A stretch of DNA of 64,000 bases from a virus. The notes below the pieces were generated by a model. It made no database searches. It worked only from the letters and a program-made list of their open reading frames with translations, and was not told where the DNA came from. Shown piece after piece: positions 18,262 to 25,219 of the stretch. A program made the translations under genes and the position numbers. Within the stretch, counting starts at the first letter, position 1. Each line of letters begins with the position of its first letter. The stretch lies in IMG/VR virus record IMGVR_UViG_3300020048_000012; one strand, given 5' to 3'.

Positions 18262-18387
18262 TGGTGTGTAGAGTAGGTCTCGAAGCCTACAAATAGTACC
18301 ATACTCTGAGTCGTTAAACTCATATCAGAATCGAACTGAATGACCAGGCTCATCACCCGGCGCGTTTACCAATTACGCCATCTACAC
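18262..18387 (-). ncRNA. 126-nt tRNA-like RNA with a second T-loop in a giant variable region
   Basis: 7-bp acceptor plus ACCA, D arm, ccggg-TGATGAG-cctgg, ~50-nt insert. Confidence 0.7.
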
Positions 18388-18395
18388 ATAAAAAC

Positions 18396-18470
18396 TGGTA
18401 TCCCGTATCGGTTATGCTCCGATCTCAGTAGGGTGAAGGCCTACTTGCCACACTAGCTGCATCACGGGAT
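18396..18470 (-). tRNA. tRNA-Glu(UUC) with C33
   Basis: gtagg-ccTTCac-cctac. Confidence 0.75.
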
Positions 18471-18479
18471 ATAAAAACT

Positions 18480-18554
18480 TGGCGATCTTAGCCGGTAACG
18501 ATCCGGCTCTTCCTCTTAGACAGAGAGGTGTGCGTCCATGAACACTTTAAGACC
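18480..18554 (-). tRNA. tRNA-Asp(GUC)
   Basis: cctct-ctGTCta-agagg; G73. Confidence 0.88.
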
Positions 18555-18912
18555 TAAAATTCAAGTCACAACCATTGGGACTCATACCCATTCTATAAAG
18601 TGTACCAGTGTGACCAGCGTACACGAAGTTTACTCATGGGCATTTACTTTCCCATTAATTCTTAAATTAGGTCGGGAATACACGGCGTTAGAAATAAAGT
18701 GGCTCTCGGTTTCGAATCAAAAGCGTATGAATATAACTTCTGTCCCTAGGCAGTCTTTCCGCCGACAATGTGTTTCAAACCCCTACTGGACCGACTTACT
18801 CTCGCATCGTCAATGATCTGTGGCTTAGTACGTCCAGCATTATTGAAGACCTCCCAGTCTCGGAAGGCTCGGCACCCATCTACTCATCCTACTAAACATT
18901 GTCTTAGTAACT

Positions 18913-18989
18913 TGGCTCCCGTGGCACTCATCGCATAGTGCGTTATCTAACCATTGGCTAAGGTCCGCGCAGACCCGCTAAACACGGAA
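18913..18989 (-). tRNA. Highly degenerate tRNA-like element with intact acceptor and CCA
   Basis: ttccgtg/cacggga-G-CCA; non-canonical loops. Confidence 0.5.
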
Positions 18990-18996
18990 ATAAAAT

Positions 18997-19082
18997 TGGT
19001 GGAGTTTGTCACAGGCTTTCACTGTGATTTGCTCAGCTAAGTTATAGCTGCTTTCGTCCTATATGTTACGTATTCAAACCCC
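18997..19082 (-). tRNA. Degenerate tRNA-like element (AAC at the anticodon position)
   Basis: ggggttt/aaactcc-A-CCA; cagct-atAACtt-agctg. Confidence 0.5.
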
Positions 19083-19148
19083 ATAAATTGGTGGACCCCT
19101 GTTTCTATGCCTGGGCCCATTGATAGAGTATCTACTATCAGCATGTTT

Positions 19149-19224
19149 TGGTGGAGGTGAGGAGGATCGAACTCCTATCTAAGCATTGCAAGTGCTCCGT
19201 GTAACCCATTATCACTACACCCCC
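19149..19224 (-). tRNA. tRNA-Ala(UGC)
   Basis: agca-ctTGCaa-tgct; G3-U70. Confidence 0.92.
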
Positions 19225-19230
19225 AAAAAC

Positions 19231-19302
19231 TGGTGGACCTATGGGGAATCGAACCCCAAGCATGGCATTGCAAGTGCCTTTCCCGTCCCATACGGTAAGC
19301 CC
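19231..19302 (-). tRNA. tRNA-Ala(UGC), second copy
   Basis: ggca-ctTGCaa-tgcc; G3-U70. Confidence 0.85.
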
Positions 19303-19418
19303 AAAATAAAAGTAACGGTATATGGATTCTTTCCCGTCAGTTGCAGAATTGAACTTTCGAACAATCGCCACATTCCAAGTACTCCGTGAAAGGGAGGATG
19401 TATCTGCATCTTATAAAC

Positions 19419-19494
19419 TGGTCAGTGATGTTGGTCCCGCCCCAACGGCCTCTCGCTTCCAAAACGAGTACTCTACTAGCTGAGCTAATCACTG
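19419..19494 (-). tRNA. tRNA-Pro(UGG)
   Basis: ctcgt-ttTGGaa-gcgag; C1-G72. Confidence 0.85.
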
Positions 19495-19599
19495 TAAATT
19501 CTTGCTGTGGTAGCTAATACCTCAAGCACAAGCAGTGCATCCCAGTTACGCTGGTTCGTTTATGCAAGGGCGAGTTTGCTTACGCCTTAGAGTGCTCAT

Positions 19600-19675
19600 T
19601 GGTCTCCATACGAGGATTTGAACCTCGGCTTCTTGGTCCCAAACCAAGTGCGCTACCAGGCTACGCAATACGGAG
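19600..19675 (-). tRNA. tRNA-Pro(UGG)
   Basis: cttgg-ttTGGga-ccaag. Confidence 0.93.
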
Positions 19676-19681
19676 AAAATC

Positions 19682-19767
19682 TGGTGGATGCGGTAGGATT
19701 CGAACCTACAAGTCCGTGAGGAGCCGGATTTACAGTCCGGGGAGCCAACCAATTGCTCAACACATCC
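19682..19767 (-). tRNA. tRNA-Tyr(GUA)
   Basis: ccgga-ctGTAaa-tccgg; long variable arm. Confidence 0.93.
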
Positions 19768-19774
19768 AAAATTA

Positions 19775-19886
19775 ATTATACATAAACATACTCGCATCTG
19801 CCTTTGGAGCCGCGTGTTCCTCCCCTTGTTTTACCACAGGATCCTGTGGAGGAGTGTGCACATTTACACCAATGTTTATGTATAAT
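19775..19886 (-). ncRNA. Stem-closed ncRNA J
   Basis: Perfect 15-bp attatacataaacat/atgtttatgtataat. Confidence 0.65.
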
Positions 19887-19994
19887 CATATTGAAACATA
19901 TTCCAGGGGGATTCGCACTTGCCTTTTCTTCAGTAAACACTGACCCTGCATCTTAAATCAATAAGAGGAACCTAACAAAATATGTTTCAATATG
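19887..19994 (-). ncRNA. Stem-closed ncRNA K
   Basis: Perfect 16-bp catattgaaacatatt/aatatgtttcaatatg. Confidence 0.65.
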
Positions 19995-20465
19995 ATCCCG
20001 AGGGTATCTCGGTAAATTGAGTAGCATTCCAGCGACAGTCCGATTACCAGTCGGATGCCTGCATCTCTACACAATCATTATCATATTCAAATGCTCCGGG
20101 AATACTGAAGGGCATTCTTAGCATCTCTCTTTCCACAGTATAAGACGAATGGAAGATTGCTTAACTCACCCCATGTTCAAACCAAAACACTTGAATATGA
20201 TTCCTGAAGCAGTGAACCAGCACACGTGTCCGGCGCTTACTTCAGGATATCATGAAAAATCATCAAATTTTGAAAGAACAAATCGGGATATCTTACGATA
20301 CATTACATGCAACAAGGATCGACCAAGCCGCAAACTTTCGTTCACCTCATCAAACATCATTTCTGTGTTCAACTACCTTAGTGCGCCACTTAGTGGACTA
20401 CACTCAGAACCCGATTAAAATTTTAAAGAATCTTTCTTGAAGTCCCGATCAACTTCTAAGATTTT

Positions 20466-20495
20466 ATTATACCACATTTACTAATTAAAGTAAAC
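20466..20495 (-). promoter_or_regulatory. Early promoter feeding the ncRNA-rich part of the array
   Basis: GTTTAC-N18-TATAAT with TGTGG extension. Confidence 0.8.
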
Positions 20496-20763
20496 AAGTA
20501 TTTTAAAAATTGTGATACGCTTGGTGTGAAACAAGTCGTCTTTATGTGCGTTCTTTTTTGGCTATACCTGCGAGTTTCACGCAGCGTCAATAAACACATA
20601 AATTTCACAATTTTTAAAGAACTTCCAAGCAAACTCGATGGTTTGTTTGTTTATGGATTTATTATACCACGAAGTCTATTTAATGTACACCGTTTTATGC
20701 ATTATTTTTAGTGCTTCAGGTGACTTCAAGAGACTTACGTTGGTATACTTACACTTGCCCGAT

Positions 20764-20814
20764 GAACAATGACGTACGTACACTTGATGCACATAAGTTG
20801 TTGATTTATATAGG
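20764..20814 (-). repeat. IHF-site/palindrome repeat, copy 2
   Basis: Same motif. Confidence 0.8.
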
Positions 20815-20820
20815 CCTAAA

Positions 20821-20895
20821 TGGCATCCCGACTAGGACTCGAACCTAGACATGCAGTTTTGGAGACTGCAGTGCTGCCAATTACACTATCGAGAT
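20821..20895 (-). tRNA. tRNA-Trp(CCA)
   Basis: tgcagt-ctCCAaa-actgca. Confidence 0.92.
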
Positions 20896-20907
20896 ATGAA
20901 AATACAA

Positions 20908-20983
20908 AGGGGTGACCTATGGGGAATGCTCCCATTCTATCGCTTTCACAGAGCGAGGTGCGAAACTTTTACACTAAGGTCAC
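20908..20983 (-). tRNA. tRNA-His(GUG) lacking G-1 and CCA, embedded in an extended stem (20901-20994)
   Basis: tcgct-ctGTGaa-agcga; ends C73-CCT. Confidence 0.75.
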
Positions 20984-21001
20984 ACCTTTGTATTCTAAAC
21001 T

Positions 21002-21078
21002 TGGTGCGTCTGGAGGGATTTGAACCCCCAACAGTTCGGGTAGAAGCCGAGTACTCTATCCAGTTGAGTTACAGACGC
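21002..21078 (-). tRNA. tRNA-Arg(UCU)
   Basis: tcgg-ctTCTac-ccga. Confidence 0.93.
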
Positions 21079-21085
21079 AAATTCT

Positions 21086-21162
21086 TGGTGCCCGAGGTCA
21101 GATTCGAACCGACACGATTTTGATTTTGAATCAAACGCCTCTACCAATTGGGCTACACGGGC
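21086..21162 (-). tRNA. tRNA-Leu(CAA), short variable loop
   Basis: tttga-ttCAAaa-tcaaa. Confidence 0.9.
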
Positions 21163-21171
21163 AAATATTCT

Positions 21172-21248
21172 TGGTGCGAATGGCGGGACTCGAACCCGCA
21201 GATTATGGGTTTTAAGCCCACTGCCTATACCAATTCGGCTACATTCGC
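21172..21248 (-). tRNA. tRNA-Leu(UAA), short variable loop
   Basis: tggg-ctTAAaa-ccca. Confidence 0.9.
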
Positions 21249-21262
21249 ATACTAACTAATTC

Positions 21263-21350
21263 TGGCGGAGCATGTAGGAATCGAACCTACTCACCACTTA
21301 CGCAGTGACAGATTAGCAATCTGTTGCCTTAACCGGTCGGCCAATGCTCC
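21263..21350 (-). tRNA. tRNA-Ser(GCU)
   Basis: acaga-ttGCTaa-tctgt; long arm; G73. Confidence 0.93.
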
Positions 21351-21358
21351 TTAAAATT

Positions 21359-21433
21359 TGGTGCTTCGTGACAGATTCGAACTGCCGACCCTCGCCGTGT
21401 AAAAGCGTAGCTCTACCACTGAGCTAACGAAGC
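21359..21433 (-). tRNA. tRNA-Val(UAC)
   Basis: cgct-ttTACac-ggcg. Confidence 0.92.
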
Positions 21434-21434
21434 A

Positions 21435-21668
21435 TTAACCATTTCGTCTACACTTATAGACATATTCTAATCCATCTGGCAATACGCCATCATTGATACT
21501 ATCAACACCAGATTTTCCAACTTGATTTGGATCTTCGCATACTGTTGTAACAAATGACATACCCAATTTACGCATTCCTTCTGACACTTCTAACGCTCTA
21601 AGTAGAGTCGCTGTGTCTACAGCGTGTGACCAGTTTGTGACTGGATCAGTATAATACACTTTAAACAT
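21435..21668 (-). CDS. Small hypothetical protein within the tRNA array
   Basis: 77-aa ORF exactly filling the gap between two tRNAs. Confidence 0.7.
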   Translation of the reverse strand: MFKVYYTDPVTNWSHAVDTATLLRALEVSEGMRKLGMSFVTTVCEDPNQVGKSGVDSINDGVLPDGLEYVYKCRRNG

Positions 21669-21683
21669 AATTCACTTTATTTA

Positions 21684-21760
21684 TGGTGGGGATGGAGAGA
21701 CTCGAACTCTCAGCTTACGGCTTCTAAGACCGCTGCGTCTACCAATTGCGCCACATCCCC
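21684..21760 (-). tRNA. tRNA-Leu(UAG), short variable loop
   Basis: gcggt-ctTAGaa-gccgt. Confidence 0.9.
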
Positions 21761-21769
21761 GAAATATAT

Positions 21770-21843
21770 TGGTCAGTGATGGAGGTACCGCCCCTCCGCT
21801 TCAAGTTTCCAAAACTCGTAGACTACTTTTATCTCAATCACTG
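21770..21843 (-). tRNA. tRNA-Pro(UGG), third copy, atypical loops
   Basis: cgagt-ttTGGaa-acttg. Confidence 0.75.
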
Positions 21844-21850
21844 ATTAATC

Positions 21851-21924
21851 TGGTGCCCCTTCAAGGAATTGAACCTCATTCTGATGCTTACAAGGCAACT
21901 GTAATACCAATATACTAAAAGGGC
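21851..21924 (-). tRNA. tRNA-Thr(UGU)
   Basis: tgc-ctTGTaa-gca. Confidence 0.85.
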
Positions 21925-21928
21925 TTCT

Positions 21929-21999
21929 AATATTTGAGCATACTAACTGGATCCATCTCGCACTAGGTGCATCTCGGGCGATCAATATGCTCAAATATT
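21929..21999 (-). ncRNA. Stem-closed ncRNA L
   Basis: Perfect 14-bp aatatttgagcata/tatgctcaaatatt. Confidence 0.6.
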
Positions 22000-22040
22000 G
22001 GAGCTGCTACGGAGAATCGAACTCCGCTTGTCGGGATGAT
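21999..22040 (-). pseudogene. 3' half of an interrupted tRNA-Glu-like gene
   Basis: TCAT-CCCGA-CAAG-CGGAG-TTCGATT-CTCCG-TAGCAGC-T-CCA. Confidence 0.75.
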
Positions 22041-22041
22041 C

Positions 22042-22116
22042 TGGAGTCGCATACGGGAATCGAACCCGTCTCTACAGCATGAAAGGCTGTTGATCTAACC
22101 GATAATCTAATGCGAC
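22042..22116 (-). tRNA. tRNA-Glu(UUC)
   Basis: acagc-ctTTCat-gctgt. Confidence 0.9.
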
Positions 22117-22781
22117 ATTGTTCTACCTTGTTTAAATCCTTCTGGTATTATATCACTATCTTTTATTCTGGTGTTCACTTTACCATCAGTTATCCAAACT
22201 TGCTTATATTTTCTTTTATATTCTTTAACTTTTTTACCAAGTAATGAATCAGAAATTTTCTTCTTCATCTCATCTGTCATTGTGTTCTTAGATTTTTGAT
22301 GTCTGCCGGCACAAATTCTACTACAAAATTTTGTTTCGGTTTTTATCTTTCTCTCTGTTTCAAACTCAATTTTACAACAATCACAGAGATGTTTATATTT
22401 TGGTTTATATCCATCGTATAGTTCAAAGTATTTCTTTGTTCCATATTTTCGAGTAACATATTCAAATGCGTATTGTAAATCATCTTTACGTAACACATTT
22501 ACAATATAACCAAAAGATTCAGCAACCTTTGTTTTCTTATCAACAAATTCTTGTTTCTCGTATCCCTTTGTTTCTATTATCGTTTTTCCATCAGATAATA
22601 GAAAATCAGGATAATAAGTTATTCCATCTTTTTCTAACTTTCCAGGAAATCTTTCGAACTCAATGTGGTGATCTAAACTATAGATCACCCAACACAATTC
22701 ATAAGTGCTACCGCAATATATTCCATTATAGTATCCACTTTTTGATCTTCCAGAACCTTCTCTATATCCACCTATTGTCAT
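22107..22781 (-). CDS. PD-(D/E)XK-type endonuclease with Zn-binding and NUMOD-like C-terminus (putative homing endonuclease)
   Basis: YYPDF...IIETKG; CDCC..FCSRIC; WITDG; TATAAATA at 22800-22807 and GGAGG RBS. Confidence 0.75.
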   Translation of the reverse strand: MTIGGYREGSGRSKSGYYNGIYCGSTYELCWVIYSLDHHIEFERFPGKLEKDGITYYPDFLLSDGKTIIETKGYEKQEFVDKKTKVAESFGYIVNVLRKDDLQYAFEYVTRKYGTKKYFELYDGYKPKYKHLCDCCKIEFETERKIKTETKFCSRICAGRHQKSKNTMTDEMKKKISDSLLGKKVKEYKRKYKQVWITDGKVNTRIKDSDIIPEGFKQGRTMSH

Positions 22782-22807
22782 ATAACACCTCCATTTTATT
22801 ATTTATA

Positions 22808-22842
22808 TAAAATGAGTGTCCTAACCGATAGACGATAGCAGC
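22808..22842 (-). pseudogene. 5' half of the interrupted tRNA
   Basis: GCTGCTA-TC-GTCTATCGGTTAGGAC; acceptor strand is 7/7 complementary to TAGCAGC at ~22003-22009. Confidence 0.75.
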
Positions 22843-22927
22843 AAAAATTTGCGAGCATCTCACGATGTGTCGACTTCGTATCTTATGCACCGTATTCGAC
22901 CGATGACTCAGAAAAATACGCTATAAC

Positions 22928-23209
22928 TCAGCGACGTTGTACGTATACGTCGATCGTGCGTGCATCTTCAAGCTTGAAGCTTTTGACACACTGATTCTTG
23001 TATTTCGCGTAAGCAGGATTTCCTTTGCCTAAACGAGCTTTTAAACAAACTCTAAACAATACCGGAGTTTGCTTGTGCCACTTTGCGGTCAAGACTGCAC
23101 TTTTGTTGACAGAACGAATTGACTTGCGAACCGCTTCAATTTTGTCCATGTCAGACGTACTCATCGGGTCAGCGGTGAATACGTAAGCGTCTGTTCTTGC
23201 CTTTTTCAT
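22928..23209 (-). CDS. Hypothetical phage protein
   Basis: 93-aa ORF after an early promoter and RBS. Confidence 0.7.
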   Translation of the reverse strand: MKKARTDAYVFTADPMSTSDMDKIEAVRKSIRSVNKSAVLTAKWHKQTPVLFRVCLKARLGKGNPAYAKYKNQCVKSFKLEDARTIDVYVQRR

Positions 23210-23441
23210 AATCTATCCTTGTTTCGATAGATCAATTATACCACAAAGTCTAATTATTGTACACCGTTTTCTTCTTTTTTCTTGCCGTATGTCTTAACGA
23301 TGCTTTCGCCGCTAATCATCATATTCTTAAAATGATTGCGCTGTTCATCGCTTGTCAAAGTCGCCATCAAGCGCTTTGTCTGTTTCGAAAGTTTAAAATG
23401 TCCATTTGTCTTCATAATATCTCCATTAAAAAATATATACA

Positions 23442-23520
23442 TGGTGGGAGGTCTAGGAATCGAACCTAGTTCTTCTGCTCTTCAGGCAGACGCTGGAATC
23501 ACCAGACTAGCTCACCTCCC
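23442..23520 (-). tRNA. tRNA-Phe(GAA)
   Basis: tctgc-ctGAAga-gcaga. Confidence 0.92.
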
Positions 23521-23697
23521 GAAATTCACTAAATCTTCATCAATCCATCAAAATACGCTTTCCACGATTTAGCATATTGGTCTACACTAAACTGCAGTGT
23601 CGTATACATCTGCGTATAAAACCATCCGTAATGTTTTACAGCATCTTCAAGCGTTTCACTTTTCAATGCGCGTTTGAGATGATATGACGCTGGAATT

Positions 23698-24246
23698 TTA
23701 TACATTCTTTCTTTCCTCTGCAATCTTCTGGATAACATGTTCAAGAAGAATTGGTTTAAAATCGGTATGCTCTACTGAAACACAGTGGTATCTAGTATCT
23801 ATACGAGATACGCCATGCTTATCGATGAGCATCACTCGATCACTATGAAGATGTCCATGTACATTTGCAGTAAATTTTCTGAAACTAGCTTCATGGATTG
23901 GAATGTGAGTCAAAAGCAAATTGCTCAACGAATAAGATCCATGAACATCTTCAAAAAATGGAGCGTATTCGTCCATTCTAAGATTATCATGATTGCCCTT
24001 AATGAGAACTTTCTTACCATTGAGTCTATTCATAATACCAATAGACCTACGATTCATGACAACATCGCCAAGATGATAAACTTTATCTCCTGGTTTGACT
24101 GTTTCATTCCAAGCCTTTACCAATGCTTCATCCATTTCATCTGGATTAGTCCATGGACGCAATTTAGTGACACCATCAGATTGTGTAAATCTGCAAACGC
24201 CCATATGACCAAAATGTGTATCCGATACGATGTAAACTGCAGGCAT
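23698..24246 (-). CDS. Calcineurin-like metallophosphoesterase
   Basis: SDTHFGH, LGD, KGNHD, THIP, HGHLH. Confidence 0.9.
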   Translation of the reverse strand: MPAVYIVSDTHFGHMGVCRFTQSDGVTKLRPWTNPDEMDEALVKAWNETVKPGDKVYHLGDVVMNRRSIGIMNRLNGKKVLIKGNHDNLRMDEYAPFFEDVHGSYSLSNLLLTHIPIHEASFRKFTANVHGHLHSDRVMLIDKHGVSRIDTRYHCVSVEHTDFKPILLEHVIQKIAEERKNV

Positions 24247-24374
24247 TTTAAAATTTCCTTATAATTCGTTTTATTTAATAAAATTATTATACCACGAAGT
24301 CTATTTAATGTACACCGTTTTGTGCAGTATTATTTCAAAGTGATAGTGTGTATATATCACTCAAGTGTTATAAG

Positions 24375-24466
24375 TGGCGGAGAGCAGAGGAGTCGAACCC
24401 CATCCCATTTCTGAGAACCTGGTTTTCAAGGCCAGTCGCAGGACCATCCCCGCTGCATTACTCTCC
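24375..24466 (-). tRNA. tRNA-Ser(UGA)
   Basis: ctTGAaa loop; long arm; G73. Confidence 0.9.
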
Positions 24467-24473
24467 GAATTTT

Positions 24474-24551
24474 TGGCAGGGGTAATTGGATTCGAACCAA
24501 TGATGACGATTTCAAAGACCGTTGCCTTAGACCAAACTAGGCGATACCCCA
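24474..24551 (-). tRNA. tRNA-Gln(UUG)
   Basis: acggt-ctTTGaa-atcgt. Confidence 0.92.
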
Positions 24552-24718
24552 ACAATAGTAAAACATTCATTAAACATTTTACTATAGCCCCTGAGAAGCA
24601 GTGGACCGGCACAAAGGCCGGCGCTTACTTCTCAGGTGACCATTAATCAGACTTTCGTCTGATTTTTAGAATTCACTAAATTTTTAAAGAGCGTTGGAAG
24701 TTTCCTTCCTTAGAGTGT

Positions 24719-24748
24719 ATTATAACACCCTGACGATTTATTGTACAC
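24719..24748 (-). promoter_or_regulatory. Early promoter at the head of the tRNA array
   Basis: GTGTAC-N18-TATAAT. Confidence 0.8.
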
Positions 24749-24757
24749 CGTTAAACA

Positions 24758-24787
24758 CAAAAGCCCCAATCTTTCGAGAGGGGCTTT
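24758..24787 (-). terminator. Intrinsic terminator upstream of the tRNA array
   Basis: AAAGCCCC-TCTCGAAAGAT-TGGGGCTTTT. Confidence 0.8.
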
Positions 24788-24818
24788 GGCGTGATCCTAC
24801 TGATCTTACACTTAGCCC

Positions 24819-24923
24819 CTAATTATCCCAACCCTCGATCGAATGCTGAGGACGCGCATTAAATTTACTGGTCGTATAGACCGGCAAAGTTGTGCAGTTG
24901 GATAAGAGTGTATGTATTAACAT
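24819..24923 (-). CDS. Putative 34-aa leader peptide (MLIHTLLSNC...GWDN)
   Basis: ATG 7 nt after TATAAATA (24931-24938); stop overlaps a sequence complementary to the terminator 5' arm. Confidence 0.5.
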   Translation of the reverse strand: MLIHTLLSNCTTLPVYTTSKFNARPQHSIEGWDN

Positions 24924-24930
24924 TGTATTT

Positions 24931-24938
24931 TATTTATA
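24931..24938 (-). promoter_or_regulatory. T4-type late promoter TATAAATA
   Basis: Exact gp55 consensus; others at 22800 (-), 1139 (+), 25153 (+). Confidence 0.7.
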
Positions 24939-25219
24939 CGTCGAGAACGGCTCCTGCGCCACTCCAGACAACTTTATTTTCGTCTTCGTACAATCTAAAT
25001 TCATAGTCTGCAATGTCAAATCCAAACGCTTCACATGTCGCTTCAACTGCATTGACGCCGGGTACGATGTCTTTGTACCAACCGACTTCAACACCTTTTT
25101 TGAAAACTTTTACTTTTGTCTTTTCCATTACTTGATCTTTCATATCGCGGTGTATAAATATAGTGTCTATCGCGATATCTCACTATCCATAGACTCTAAC
25201 ACTAACAAGGAGTGCCAGC

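Noticed and set aside
17910-18910. tmRNA, RNase P, 6S or group I/II intron identity for the long non-coding tracts
   Set aside because: I could not find the diagnostic motifs by eye; an Rfam scan is needed.
19325-19404. Additional tRNA-Glu (CTCC-CTTTCAC-GGAG arm)
   Set aside because: Only an anticodon arm and a weak T loop; no convincing acceptor or CCA.
16992-21123. ORFs overlapping tRNA genes (16992, 17557, 18024, 19138, 19546, 20851; also 24361 and 24374)
   Set aside because: Explained by tRNA and ncRNA sequence.
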